Shown: positions 51,031 through 61,681, counted from the first letter of the stretch. The stretch: 64,000 bases of DNA from Candidatus Shapirobacteria bacterium (GCA_030698565.1 JAUYJS010000005.1:90497-154496); one strand, 5' to 3'. Notes: a model not told the origin generated them from the letters alone. Made by a program: numbers and translations.

Positions 51031-52758
51031 ATGAACAATATTGTAAAGATAATATCTGATGACATATTCAAAGTTTGTGCAGAGTTAGGTATAAAAGTTA
51101 ATAAAGGTGAAATAAAATTAGAACATCCTGCTGATACTCAATTTGGAGATTATGCTACTAGTTTGCCTATGGGATTGGCTAAATCGGAACACAAAAGTCC
51201 AAACGAAATTGCTGGTAGTATAAAGGCGAGACTGGATAAAATTATTGATAAAGAAATAATTGAAAAAGTTGAAATTGCTGGGGCGGGATTTATAAATTTT
51301 TATTTGAAAAAAGAATTTTTAATCAAAGAGGCAGAAGTCTTAAATTATGAATTGGAATTCAAAAATAAGTTATCAGAAGTAGGACATGGAAAAACACTGG
51401 TTATTGATTACTCGGCACCAAATATTGCTAAGCCTTTTGGAATTGGTCATTTGAGATCGACTAATATTGGTCAATCTTTATATAACTTATATAAAATACT
51501 GGGTTGGAACACTATCGGAGATAATCATATCGGTGACTGGGGAACACAATTTGGAAAATTAATTGTAGCCATTAAAAGATTGGGTTCTGCAAAGCAGAAT
51601 TTAGATGATTTGACAATTGAGGATTTAGAAAAGCTTTATGTTAAATTTCACAAAGAAGCAGAAACTAATCCAGAATTAGTTGATGAAGGTAGAGACTGGT
51701 TTTCCAAACTGGAAAATGGCGACAAAGAAGCAAAAGAAAATTGGCAAAAATGTATTGATATTTCTTTTAAGGAATATGATCAAGTCTATGAATTGTTAGA
51801 TGTAAAAATTGACGAGATTCACGGAGAATCGTTTTATGCCAATATGCTACCTGAAATAATTGATGGGATTACTAAAAAGGGTATTACTAAAATAAGCGAC
51901 GGGGCACTTATTATTGAATTTGATGATATGCCGCCGGCCATGCTTAGAAAATCAAACGGAACAACTACGTATCTTACCCGTGATATGGCGACAATTAAAT
52001 ATCGAAAAGAAATATGGAACCCAGATATGGTAATTTATGAAGTTGGAGCTGACCAGCAATTGCATTTTAGACAAGTATTTAAAATAGCCGAACTTATGGG
52101 TTGGATGCCAAAAGAGGGTTTAGTACACGTGGCTCATGGATTAATTAGATGGCCAACTGGTAAATTTTCTACTAGAAAAGGTGACACTATTCATTTGTCC
52201 GATGTAATTGATAGGGCGATGGAAAAGGCAGAAGAAATTGCGAATAAAAGCCAAGTGAGTAAAGACTTATCGACAGAGGAAAAAAAGGAAATGATTAAAA
52301 ATGTAGCCATCGGGGCGATTAAGTTTAATGATTTGTCGTCAGACCCAAAAAGAGATATTGTTTTTGATTGGGATCAGGTAATGAGTCTAGAGGGAGATTC
52401 TGGCCCATACCTTCAATATACTTACGCTCGGTGTTGCAGTGTCCTTGATAAAACTAAAATTAAAGAACAGAAAAATATTAATAATTCAGCTGAAAACTTA
52501 AACCCAGAAGAATTGGCTTTGTTAAAAGAGTTTTATAAATTTGAAGAAAAAATAATTGAGGCGGCCACTCGATTCTCGCCTTCTGTTGTTGCTGAATATT
52601 TAATTAATGTTGCCAGAAAATATAATGAATTTTATGGGAAACATAGAATATTAGATCAGCCCGAGGAAAATTTTCGAATATTTTTAACTAAAACAACTTC
52701 TAGTATCTTGGAAATCGGCTTGAAACTTTTGGGAATCAAACCGATTGAAAAAATGTAA
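51031..52758 (+). CDS. argS: Arginine--tRNA ligase
   Basis: DYSAPNIAK..GIGHLRST, GDWGTQFG and GPYLQYTYAR motifs; ATG 51031. Confidence 0.97.
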   Translation: MNNIVKIISDDIFKVCAELGIKVNKGEIKLEHPADTQFGDYATSLPMGLAKSEHKSPNEIAGSIKARLDKIIDKEIIEKVEIAGAGFINFYLKKEFLIKEAEVLNYELEFKNKLSEVGHGKTLVIDYSAPNIAKPFGIGHLRSTNIGQSLYNLYKILGWNTIGDNHIGDWGTQFGKLIVAIKRLGSAKQNLDDLTIEDLEKLYVKFHKEAETNPELVDEGRDWFSKLENGDKEAKENWQKCIDISFKEYDQVYELLDVKIDEIHGESFYANMLPEIIDGITKKGITKISDGALIIEFDDMPPAMLRKSNGTTTYLTRDMATIKYRKEIWNPDMVIYEVGADQQLHFRQVFKIAELMGWMPKEGLVHVAHGLIRWPTGKFSTRKGDTIHLSDVIDRAMEKAEEIANKSQVSKDLSTEEKKEMIKNVAIGAIKFNDLSSDPKRDIVFDWDQVMSLEGDSGPYLQYTYARCCSVLDKTKIKEQKNINNSAENLNPEELALLKEFYKFEEKIIEAATRFSPSVVAEYLINVARKYNEFYGKHRILDQPEENFRIFLTKTTSSILEIGLKLLGIKPIEKM

Positions 52759-55140
52759 TTAGTTTAATGTCGGAGCCGCAAATAGTTGGCTGTATATTTC
52801 GTTATAATGTTCGACGGGAATAAATTTGATCCCATTTCTAACTTCCTTAGGTATTTCAACTAAAGATTTTTTATTATCTTTTGGTATAAAAATAGTTTTT
52901 AAACCAGCTCTGTGAGCAGCAATAGATTTTTCTTTTAATCCGCCGATTTCTAGGATATTACCCCGGATAGTTATTTCCCCTGTCATTCCAACATCTTTTG
53001 GTATGGTAGTTCCTTTTAGGGCTGAAATTAAAGAGGTGGTAATAGCTCCACCGGCTGATGGGCCATCTTTTGGAGTAGCGCCTTCGGGTACATGAATATG
53101 AATATCTATCTTGTGGAAATCTTGATTAATACCAAAATTTTTAGCTTGACTACGGACATAAGACAGGGCGGCTTGACAGGATTCTTTCATAACAGAGCCA
53201 AGTTTTCCAGTCAAAATTAATTGTCCTTTGCCGGGCATAATGTTTACCTCTATAAATAGAATATCGCCACCGACTGAAGTCCAGGCGAGACCAGTGGAAA
53301 TACCGATTTCGTCCTTTTTACCCTTTAGTTGGGAAGAGAACTTTTCCGGGCCCAAAAACTTTTTAATAGTTTTAATATTATTTAAGTCAACTTTTTTCGT
53401 GTTGGTAGTTACTATTTTTTTGGCTACTTTTCTAAAAAGAGTAGCTATGGTTCTTTCTAAACTTCGGACACCGGCTTCTCTTGTATATTTATCTATGATG
53501 AACCTCAAGGTGTTGTCTTTGATTTCATCTATATTTTTTTCATACAAACCATTGGCTTTTAATTCTTTTTTGATTAAATATTTTTTGGCAATATGGAACT
53601 TTTCGTCCTGAGTGTAACCAGAAAAATTAATAATTTCCAAACGATCACGTAATGGACCAGGAATAGTACTAATTTCATTGCCAGTTAGAATAAAAAATAC
53701 TTTAGATAAATCGATAGGAAAATCTAGATAATGATCAGCAAAATCCCGGTTTTGTTCTGGATCTAAGGTTTCCAAAAGAGCGGCCGATGGATCTCCTCGA
53801 TAATCAGCACCAATTTTATCAATTTCATCTAACATAAAAACAGGATTCATACTTTTAGCATCTTTTAGACCTTTAACAATACGGCCGGGCATGGCACCGA
53901 CATAGGTTCTTCGGTGACCCCTGATTTCTGCTTCATCGCGGATACCACCAAGAGATGCACGGACAAATTCTCTACCAAGTGCACTGGCAATAGATTTACC
54001 CAAAGAAGTTTTACCAACACCCGGAGGGCCAATGAAACACAAAATATTGGCGACGGAATGAAGTTCATCCTTGTCTTTTTTATTTTTATTTTTTAGAGTT
54101 AACACGGCTAAATATTCAAGGATTCTTTCTTTGACATCTTTTAAACCGTAATGATCGTCGTCTAATATTTGAGCAGCTTTAGAAAGCTTAATATCGAAAT
54201 TGGAGTATTTACCCCAAGGCATCTCAATAACAGTTTCTAGATAAGTTCTAATATAACTAGACTCTGGTGCCATGGCACCCATCTCAGTAAGACGGTTAAG
54301 TTCTTTTAACATTTTCTTTTTTATATCCTTGGGCATAGCTGATTTACGAATCTTGTTTTCCAAATCGCCAAACTCACTACTATCACTTCCATGACCAAGT
54401 CTTTTTAACTCTTTTTCGATTTGTCTTTTTCTTTCTTCAAGCACATTTCTTTTCATGCCAGTATTAAATTTCTCTTGAGTTTTTTCTTCGATCGACCGTT
54501 CTAGCTCAGCAATTTTCATTTCTTTAACTAAGTATTCAGTAGCTGATTTAAGTCTAAAGCTAACGAGCAAAGTTTCTAAAAGAATTTGTTTTTCGGCAAT
54601 TTTGGCTTCAATTGAAAAACAAACTTGATCAGCTAAATCACTACTCGATACACCAGTGCTTAACTGCATCATGGCTGGCAGATCAAATTGTCGACCCATA
54701 GCAAATGCTTTTTTTAGTTGGCTTAATAAGGCCTCAGCTGATTGTTGTATATCAGAAACTGGTTCGTTTATTAGTGGTAGGTCGACATATTCGACTAAAA
54801 AATGTGGTTCCGATTGAACTAATTTAACAATGTTTACGCGAGAAATTCCTTTGACAATAGCATGTAAACTACCGTCAGTTTGCAAAATATGTTCAATTTT
54901 TGCTAAAACCCCAACGGTATAAATATCGTCCATTTGGGGTTTTTCTGTTTTAGCATTTTGCTGGGTAGCAATTATTACCAATTTATTGGTATTATCGTAG
55001 GCGTAAAGAAGAGAGTTCATGGATTCTTTACGACCGAAAAATAATGAGGTTTCTACTGAAGGAAACAAGACCAAATTGCGAAGAGGAATTAAAGGTAAAA
55101 CCTTTCTAACTGGTTGGAGTGTTTTTGGATTATTTTTCAT
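52759..55140 (-). CDS. lon: Lon protease
   Basis: GPPGVGKTS, GHRRTYVGAMPG and PKDGPSAG motifs. Confidence 0.98.
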   Translation of the reverse strand: MKNNPKTLQPVRKVLPLIPLRNLVLFPSVETSLFFGRKESMNSLLYAYDNTNKLVIIATQQNAKTEKPQMDDIYTVGVLAKIEHILQTDGSLHAIVKGISRVNIVKLVQSEPHFLVEYVDLPLINEPVSDIQQSAEALLSQLKKAFAMGRQFDLPAMMQLSTGVSSSDLADQVCFSIEAKIAEKQILLETLLVSFRLKSATEYLVKEMKIAELERSIEEKTQEKFNTGMKRNVLEERKRQIEKELKRLGHGSDSSEFGDLENKIRKSAMPKDIKKKMLKELNRLTEMGAMAPESSYIRTYLETVIEMPWGKYSNFDIKLSKAAQILDDDHYGLKDVKERILEYLAVLTLKNKNKKDKDELHSVANILCFIGPPGVGKTSLGKSIASALGREFVRASLGGIRDEAEIRGHRRTYVGAMPGRIVKGLKDAKSMNPVFMLDEIDKIGADYRGDPSAALLETLDPEQNRDFADHYLDFPIDLSKVFFILTGNEISTIPGPLRDRLEIINFSGYTQDEKFHIAKKYLIKKELKANGLYEKNIDEIKDNTLRFIIDKYTREAGVRSLERTIATLFRKVAKKIVTTNTKKVDLNNIKTIKKFLGPEKFSSQLKGKKDEIGISTGLAWTSVGGDILFIEVNIMPGKGQLILTGKLGSVMKESCQAALSYVRSQAKNFGINQDFHKIDIHIHVPEGATPKDGPSAGGAITTSLISALKGTTIPKDVGMTGEITIRGNILEIGGLKEKSIAAHRAGLKTIFIPKDNKKSLVEIPKEVRNGIKFIPVEHYNEIYSQLFAAPTLN

Positions 55141-55153
55141 ATTGAGAGTATAT

Positions 55154-55180
55154 TTAGCAGTCTAGCATTTTGTTTGCTAA
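55154..55180. promoter_or_regulatory. CIRCE-like (HrcA) operator overlapping the lon promoter
   Basis: TTAGCAGTC-N9-GTTTGCTAA versus consensus TTAGCACTC-N9-GAGTGCTAA; minus-strand TTGACA-N17-TAGACT at 55187-55159. Confidence 0.8.
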
Positions 55181-55220
55181 GTGTCAATTATAATTTTTAA
55201 ATTAAGTTAAAATACCAGAT

Positions 55221-56135
55221 ATGAATATAACAGAAAATATGCAAATTAAATTTGGTCGAGTGGTTTTAATGGGACGACCAAACACTGGCAAGTCAACTAT
55301 ATTGAATGCCATATTAAAACAAAAGGTAGCCATCACTTCCCCACTGCCACAGACAACCAGGAGAAATATGAGGGTAGTTTACTCCGATTCTAGGGGTAAA
55401 ATAGTTTTTTCAGATACTCCAGGAATTATTAATAAGGTGGACGATCTGATTGGCAAACAAGTTAATACTGAAGCACCAAAAGAAGTGGGTAGGGCTGATG
55501 TTGTTGTGTGCCTAGTGGATATATCGAGACCAAAAAGCGAAGAAGAAAATAAGGTATTAGGTCTAATTAGAAAGACAAACGCTAAAAAGGTTTTGGTGTA
55601 CAACAAAATGGATAAGGCTAGGGGTAGTAAAGATCATTTGGCTGAATATAAATATCTGGAAGATGAGTTTGATGATTTTATTGAAACAAGTGCTTTGAAA
55701 GAAAAAAATGTAGGTGGATTGTTGAATATAATTTTTGATTTATTACCAATTGGAGATCCAAAGGAAATTGAAAAGGACGTTGAAGTGTTGGAATCAAAGG
55801 GCGGTCCGTTAATTAGTATGGGTTCTAAGGAGTTTGTGGCGGAAATAATTAGAGAAAAAACTTACTTGTTTTTGAGAGAAGAGCTCCCATATACTATTTT
55901 TGTGGCAGTTGATGAAATAAAAGATAAAAGAAAGTTAATTTTAATTAAAGCGTCTATTTATACTAGTGGCGATAGATATAAAAAAATGATTATCGGAACT
56001 GCGGGTAAAAAAATAAAAGAAATCGGCTATAACGCTCGTAAAGAATTAGAATTAATGTCGCAAAGAAAAGTCTTCTTGGAACTAACAGTAAAAGTAGATA
56101 AACACTGGCAAGAAACAGAAACCTTGAACTATTGA
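55221..56135 (+). CDS. era: GTPase Era
   Basis: GRPNTGKST, PQTTR, DTPG, NKMD, EELPY motifs and KH domain. Confidence 0.96.
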   Translation: MNITENMQIKFGRVVLMGRPNTGKSTILNAILKQKVAITSPLPQTTRRNMRVVYSDSRGKIVFSDTPGIINKVDDLIGKQVNTEAPKEVGRADVVVCLVDISRPKSEEENKVLGLIRKTNAKKVLVYNKMDKARGSKDHLAEYKYLEDEFDDFIETSALKEKNVGGLLNIIFDLLPIGDPKEIEKDVEVLESKGGPLISMGSKEFVAEIIREKTYLFLREELPYTIFVAVDEIKDKRKLILIKASIYTSGDRYKKMIIGTAGKKIKEIGYNARKELELMSQRKVFLELTVKVDKHWQETETLNY

Positions 56136-56168
56136 CAAGGGTTTGGTTTTAAACTAGACTTATTTTAT

Positions 56169-56600
56169 ATGTCATCAAATTCATCAGGAAAATTTTTTGT
56201 AGCTGGTATTATTGGTGCTTTGGCCGGCGCGATTGGAGGCTTACTGTTGGCTCCTAAATCAGGTAAAGAAACTAGAAAAGAAATTACAAAATATGCTGAA
56301 AAATTAGCTAAATTGGTTAAAACAGAAACTGAAGAGACTGAAGATAGAGTTAAAGAAGTGTTTGGAAAGGTTACAGATACTTACCAAGAAAAATACAATG
56401 AGATTAAGTCAACTGTAACCCAAAAAATTGCTTCTTTAAAAACAGCTGGTAATGAAATTGATAAAGAAAAATATTTTTCGATCGTAGAATCGGTGGTTAG
56501 TGATTTTAAAGATGATCTAAAATCAGGTAAAAACGGAGCCATCAAAATGAGTAGTCAGCTTAAAAAAGACTGGGAAAAATTCAAAAAAGCTTTAGCTTAA
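56169..56600 (+). CDS. YtxH domain protein
   Basis: G..IGA..G...GLLLAPKSGKETR; TTGACA-N17-TAGACT upstream. Confidence 0.85.
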   Translation: MSSNSSGKFFVAGIIGALAGAIGGLLLAPKSGKETRKEITKYAEKLAKLVKTETEETEDRVKEVFGKVTDTYQEKYNEIKSTVTQKIASLKTAGNEIDKEKYFSIVESVVSDFKDDLKSGKNGAIKMSSQLKKDWEKFKKALA

Positions 56601-57542
56601 GTTCTTGGTAATTAAATCACTCAATTTTTTGATACTGTCACTATCTATTATAGAAACAAAGGCTTGGGGATTTAATTCTTTTTGAATTTTTTCTGCTGCA
56701 CCTTCAGGCAATAAATCAGACTTAGTTATAATTAAAATTTCTTTTTTTTCGGCTAATGTTGAAGAGTAATTTTCCATTTCAGTTCTGACAATTTTGTAAT
56801 CTGTTTTAAAATCAAAAGATTCGGCAGACAGACAGTGAACTATTATTTTTGTTTTTTCAATATGTTTTAGAAATTTATAGCCCAAACCTTTTCCCTCAGA
56901 AGCACCTTCAATTAAACCGGGAATATCGGCAATTATTTGTCCACCCTTGGTTACGCCTAAATTTGGTTCCAGTGTGGTGAAAGGATAATTGGCGATTTTA
57001 GCATCAGCAGATGTAAATTCATTTAAAAGACTGGTTTTCCCGGCATTGGGCAAACCAATTAAACCAACTTGAGCAATTAGTTTTAGTTTTAAAAATAAAT
57101 TTTTGGCGAGAGGTTTTTGACCGGGAGTTGATTCTAAAGGTGTCTGATTAGTTGAAGAACGATAATGGTGGTTACCATAACCACCTCGACCACCCTTGGC
57201 GATCATTTCGATTTGGCCAAGCTCAGTTAATTCAATCGAAGTACCGTTGTCAAAATTGATTATAGTGCCTACTGGTGCTTTTAAAATAAGATCTTCGCCA
57301 TTGGCACCCCTTCGATTATTGCGAGCGCCAGGAACGCCATTTGGTGCGGAAAATACCTTGGGAAAACGGAATTGATTTAATTTACTAATATCAGAAACGG
57401 CTTCAAAAAAAACAGATCCACCTTTACCACCGTCACCGCCGTCAGGACCACCCTTGGGCCGATGTTTGTCATGGTAAAAATGGACAACGCCATTGCCACC
57501 TTCTCCGGATTTGACTGTAATATAAACTTCATCAACTAACAT
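56592..57542 (-). CDS. obgE: GTPase ObgE (no C-terminal OCT domain)
   Basis: GGPDGGDGG, GLPNAGKT, YPFTTL.PNLG and DIPGLIEGA motifs. Confidence 0.96.
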   Translation of the reverse strand: MLVDEVYITVKSGEGGNGVVHFYHDKHRPKGGPDGGDGGKGGSVFFEAVSDISKLNQFRFPKVFSAPNGVPGARNNRRGANGEDLILKAPVGTIINFDNGTSIELTELGQIEMIAKGGRGGYGNHHYRSSTNQTPLESTPGQKPLAKNLFLKLKLIAQVGLIGLPNAGKTSLLNEFTSADAKIANYPFTTLEPNLGVTKGGQIIADIPGLIEGASEGKGLGYKFLKHIEKTKIIVHCLSAESFDFKTDYKIVRTEMENYSSTLAEKKEILIITKSDLLPEGAAEKIQKELNPQAFVSIIDSDSIKKLSDLITKNLS

Positions 57543-57551
57543 ATTCGAGTA

Positions 57552-58589
57552 TTATATATTATTCTGGATAACTAATTGTCCACAGGCAGCATTTAATTCT
57601 TGACCAAAGGAGCGCCGAACAGAAAAGGGCATTCTTCTGCGGGTTAATTCTGATTCAAATTCTTTAAATTTTTGTTCAGAACTGGGTTCCATTCCGTCTT
57701 TGACTGGATTTAAGGGAATTAAATTAAGATAAAAAAGTTTATTGGATCCAATGAACTCAGATACTAGATCTATGTCTTTTGGTGAGTCATTGATACCCTT
57801 CATAAGGGCATATTCAAAAAATATTTGCCGGTTTGTTTTTTGAGTATAAATCTCGCAGGCTTTTTTTAACTCGTCTAGAGAAAACATCTTGGCAACCGGC
57901 ATTATTGACTCTCTTGTTTTTTGATTTGCAGAGTGAAGAGAAACAGCTAGATTAATCTGAGTGTCTAAATTAGCAAAATCGATGATTTTATCGGCGATGC
58001 CTGAAGTTGATACACTTATTTTTCTGGCACCTAAATTTAGACCTTCGGGTGAATTTATAATTTGTAAAGCTTCAATTAAATTATCCCAATTTAAAAACGG
58101 TTCACCCATACCCATAACTACAACACGACCAACGTACGGGATTGCTTCGTCACTTTGCTCCTCGCAATGACGCTTAAATAAAACATTGTTCCAAAATAAG
58201 ACCTGATCGACAATTTCTTCGGCAGTTAAGTTTCTTTTTAAACCCATTTTGCCAGTGGCACAAAAACTACAATTCATGGGACAGCCGACCTGACTAGAAA
58301 CACAAACTGTTAACCAATCGTCGTAATCCATTAAAACTGTTTCTATTTTTTGACCGTCTTTTAATTCCAACAATGCTTTTTGAGTGTATTGATCAGAAAC
58401 AACTTTATTCTGTTTTACTGAATAAAGAGATAAATTTTTATCTAAATATTCCCGTAATTGTTTGGGCAAATCGGTCATGGAATCGAACGAGCCAAATATT
58501 CCTTTAAAGTAATTTTTTAGAATCTGATTAAAGCGAAATTTAGGTTGATTAAAATCGTCTAAGGTTTTCTGAAGAAGGTTTATATCCAT
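57552..58589 (-). CDS. rlmN: 23S rRNA m2A2503/tRNA methyltransferase RlmN
   Basis: CVSSQVGC..NCSFCATG, MGMGEP and AACGQL motifs. Confidence 0.95.
   Translation of the reverse strand: MDINLLQKTLDDFNQPKFRFNQILKNYFKGIFGSFDSMTDLPKQLREYLDKNLSLYSVKQNKVVSDQYTQKALLELKDGQKIETVLMDYDDWLTVCVSSQVGCPMNCSFCATGKMGLKRNLTAEEIVDQVLFWNNVLFKRHCEEQSDEAIPYVGRVVVMGMGEPFLNWDNLIEALQIINSPEGLNLGARKISVSTSGIADKIIDFANLDTQINLAVSLHSANQKTRESIMPVAKMFSLDELKKACEIYTQKTNRQIFFEYALMKGINDSPKDIDLVSEFIGSNKLFYLNLIPLNPVKDGMEPSSEQKFKEFESELTRRRMPFSVRRSFGQELNAACGQLVIQNNI
58140..58172 (-). repeat. REP/RPE-like palindromic element in frame within rlmN
   Basis: cgtcattgcgaggagcaaagtgacgaagcaatc encoding RHCEEQSDEAI. Confidence 0.8.
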
Positions 58590-58595
58590 TAGCAA

Positions 58596-58910
58596 TTATT
58601 TGTTGACGGCGTTGACATAGTCCTGTTTTTGGCGAAAACCGACAAGTGTGTCTACAATTTGACCATTGTCAAATAATATGACGGTAGGGATGGAGGTAAT
58701 ACTGTATTTAATAGAAATATCATTTTCTTCATCAACATTGACTTTGACAACTTTTACTTTATCTTTCAGTTCTTCACTAACTTCTTCAATAATTGGTCCG
58801 AGCATTTGGCAAGGTCCACACCAGGGCGCCCAAAAATCAACTAAAACTTTACCCTTATAATCTAATACTTCACTTTGGAATGATTGAGTAGTTACATCTG
58901 TGTTTGCCAT
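58596..58910 (-). CDS. trxA: Thioredoxin
   Basis: WAPWCGPC and SIPT motifs. Confidence 0.96.
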   Translation of the reverse strand: MANTDVTTQSFQSEVLDYKGKVLVDFWAPWCGPCQMLGPIIEEVSEELKDKVKVVKVNVDEENDISIKYSITSIPTVILFDNGQIVDTLVGFRQKQDYVNAVNK

Positions 58911-58935
58911 TTGTTATTTAATTTATAAATTAGTT

Positions 58936-59334
58936 TTATTTGGTTTTAACCAATTTTGCTGTGTAGATTATCTGTCTTAGAATACCGTCTGGGCCTTCAA
59001 TTTGATTGGTTCCAGATAGTGCAACATATTGAGCTAAATAATCGGATAAAGCTGTTTTGAGTTCTTTCATTTGATATTGATGTTCTTTAATTTTTTCCAT
59101 TAACTGAACATTTTCCGGTTGTTTGACAAGTCTTTCTTTGGCAACACTTTTATTTTTAGCTGTTTTTTTACATTCCTTTAGGGCTTCTTGGTATTCGTCA
59201 TCGTTTTCCAATACGGAATTAATCATTTCTTTGTATTCTCTTAGTTCTTTTTGAATTTCTTCAACGCGAACAGTTGAGGTGTTGATTAATGATTCAACGT
59301 TTAAAAGATTTAAGGCTTGGTTTTGATCAGACAT
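58936..59334 (-). CDS. Hypothetical coiled-coil protein
   Basis: 132-aa helical ORF within the operon. Confidence 0.7.
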   Translation of the reverse strand: MSDQNQALNLLNVESLINTSTVRVEEIQKELREYKEMINSVLENDDEYQEALKECKKTAKNKSVAKERLVKQPENVQLMEKIKEHQYQMKELKTALSDYLAQYVALSGTNQIEGPDGILRQIIYTAKLVKTK

Positions 59335-59344
59335 AAGTTTAACT

Positions 59345-60397
59345 TTAGCAATTTAAAAATTCGCATTCAAGACTCAAAAGTTCATCAACAGATTTTAGCC
59401 TGATTAAATCTGCTCGAAGATGCTTGGCGTTGGTTAATCCGCTAGTATACAAAAGGAAATGTTTTCGAAGACTATCAAAACAGCGTTTTGGAAAAACATC
59501 GGAATATGTTTGAGTGTGCAACAACATAGCAGAAAATCTTTCCTGGGGCAAAGCAGTGTAATTAGTAAACACCCATGGATTGCCCATGGCGGCTCGACCG
59601 ATCAATACTCCATTAACTCCGTATTTTTGGGCCATTTCTATGGCTTGAGATTTTGATTGAATATCGCCATTTCCCCAAATTAGAGTTTTAGTATTTTTGG
59701 CTAATTTAACAGCTAAGGCAATATTGTCCCAATCAGCGATACCAGAGTAACCTTGTTTTAAGGTACGACCATGTAGAGTAATAAAATCTAAGTCATGCGA
59801 CAAAAGGTGAGGGAACCAGGACTCAACTGTGGGCTTATCGACTCCCAATCTGGTTTTTACTGATATGGTGGGTATAATTTTTTCTCGATCTGATTTTAGA
59901 CCAGTATATTTAAGGTTTCTCTCAATTACTTTTAATGTTTTTAAATTTAAGTCAATATCTTTTATTGTAATTTTATTTTCTAACCAATCAGAAACTGCTT
60001 TTTGAACAGATTTGATAATTTTTGAGGCTAATTCTGGCTGGTTTATTAGAGCGGCGCCACTTCCGTTTTGAGTGACAGTTTTGGCTGGGCAGCCCATGTT
60101 GACATCAACACCATCAAAACCCAAATGACATAAAACTAAAGCAGCCTTATAAAAACCTTCGGGATCCTTGCCAAATAGTTGCCCAATGATCGGCCTTTCT
60201 TCAGTTTTATACAGAAGAATGTCGTAAAGTTTTACTCCACCACGAGTTAATCCCTCGGCACTAGCAAATTCAGTGAAAGTAACATCGGGCTTGGCGATTT
60301 TGGTTTGGACCAAACGAAAAGGTTCGTCGGTTATACCATCCATTGGTGAGAGGCCAACAATAAAATTATCTTTAATAAATTCTTTAAAACTTTTCAT
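59345..60397 (-). CDS. dusB: tRNA-dihydrouridine synthase
   Basis: PMDGITD, NMGCP, HGRT, GNGDI and GRAAMGNPW motifs. Confidence 0.9.
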   Translation of the reverse strand: MKSFKEFIKDNFIVGLSPMDGITDEPFRLVQTKIAKPDVTFTEFASAEGLTRGGVKLYDILLYKTEERPIIGQLFGKDPEGFYKAALVLCHLGFDGVDVNMGCPAKTVTQNGSGAALINQPELASKIIKSVQKAVSDWLENKITIKDIDLNLKTLKVIERNLKYTGLKSDREKIIPTISVKTRLGVDKPTVESWFPHLLSHDLDFITLHGRTLKQGYSGIADWDNIALAVKLAKNTKTLIWGNGDIQSKSQAIEMAQKYGVNGVLIGRAAMGNPWVFTNYTALPQERFSAMLLHTQTYSDVFPKRCFDSLRKHFLLYTSGLTNAKHLRADLIRLKSVDELLSLECEFLNC

Positions 60398-60406
60398 TTA
60401 TAAAAA

Positions 60407-60973
60407 TTATTTCTTCTTTTTAAATCTTGTTTTACTGGCAAACTTGGCACCGATTTTGGAACCGAAATGACGAGTGACATATACGGTCTGACGCACATGC
60501 TTGGCGGAAAAATTTTTGTCAACGGGTTTGTTTTTTTTGTCACCAGAAGACTTCTCTTTATTGAATCCAAAACGCGGTTTATAGTCTTCTTTGGGCCGAT
60601 CTGGGTTTTGAGCCAGACCACTTTCCGAACTAAAACTACTTTTGTGTTTTGTTTTTTTGTAGCGTTTCTGAACAGCTTCTTCATGACGCAACCTACCCTC
60701 TTCAGTTAAATAAGGATCGGGTTGAGCGTAGTCCACAATGATATTGAGATCACCTATTCTGGTATGATGATATTTTTCTTTGGCTCTGATGGCATCGTCT
60801 AAATTTTCATATTCAACGTAGCCCATTCCCCGACTTCTACCCCAGCGATTTTTGATGATTTGCACAGAAATCACCTTACCTTCGGTAATAAATAACGAAA
60901 GAAGTTCTCCTTCTGTGGTTTTATAAGGGATACTACCTATAAATAATCTTTTTTGTGGTGTGTTATTGCTCAT
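60407..60973 (-). CDS. RRM RNA-binding protein with basic tail
   Basis: RNP2 LFIGSI and RNP1 RGMGYVEY. Confidence 0.88.
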   Translation of the reverse strand: MSNNTPQKRLFIGSIPYKTTEGELLSLFITEGKVISVQIIKNRWGRSRGMGYVEYENLDDAIRAKEKYHHTRIGDLNIIVDYAQPDPYLTEEGRLRHEEAVQKRYKKTKHKSSFSSESGLAQNPDRPKEDYKPRFGFNKEKSSGDKKNKPVDKNFSAKHVRQTVYVTRHFGSKIGAKFASKTRFKKKK

Positions 60974-61027
60974 TAAGTTGATGTATTTTACTAAAAATAT
61001 TGTAATTTTGCTTGCTACAATAAATTT

Positions 61028-61681
61028 GTGGTTAATTTTATCAAATTAATTTTAGGATCACTGCAAACTAATTGTTATCTTCTTTTTGATGATGGGACAA
61101 AAAAATGCTTTATTATCGACCCGGCAAACGAGTCGGATCTTATTAGTGAAACAATAGAATTAAAGAAATTAAAACCTGTTGGGGTTTTGCTGACACATGG
61201 TCATTTTGATCATGCGATGGCGGCAATGGATCTAAAATTAATGTATAAAATTCCTATATACGCAAATGAAAAAGATTTGTTTTTGTTAAAAAGAATTAAA
61301 AAAACGGCTGAGTTTTTTTTGAAAATGCCGGTTGAGGTTTTGGATGTTGAAAAAGTAGATATTGATTTGGAAAAATTAAGCGAAATAAATTTGGGAGAAG
61401 AAAAAATTGAAGTAATTAAAACTCCGGGTCATACATCTGGTAGTGTTTGTTTTTATTCTGCAAAGCAGAATATTTTATTTTCAGGTGATACATTATTTGC
61501 TGAAGGTTTAAGAGGTGGAACGGATCACCAATATTCATCTACAAAAGATATTTATAAAAGTATTTATAAATTAATGCAATTGCCACGAGGCACAACTGTA
61601 CTGTCTGGTCACGGAGAGGAGACAACTATTGGTTCCGAATCGGAAAGGTACGTGTTTAAGGATGAGAATAAAGAAAATTAA
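61028..61681 (+). CDS. MBL-fold metallo-hydrolase (glyoxalase II-like)
   Basis: THGHFDH, TPGH, SGDTLF and GHG motifs. Confidence 0.92.
   Translation: MVNFIKLILGSLQTNCYLLFDDGTKKCFIIDPANESDLISETIELKKLKPVGVLLTHGHFDHAMAAMDLKLMYKIPIYANEKDLFLLKRIKKTAEFFLKMPVEVLDVEKVDIDLEKLSEINLGEEKIEVIKTPGHTSGSVCFYSAKQNILFSGDTLFAEGLRGGTDHQYSSTKDIYKSIYKLMQLPRGTTVLSGHGEETTIGSESERYVFKDENKEN

Noticed and set aside
53228-53611. 127-aa plus-strand ORF and similar short ORFs nested in core genes
   Set aside because: Antisense or alternative-frame shadows of well-supported genes
60394-60684. 96-aa alternative-frame ORF
   Set aside because: Lies within the RRM gene tail; no independent support
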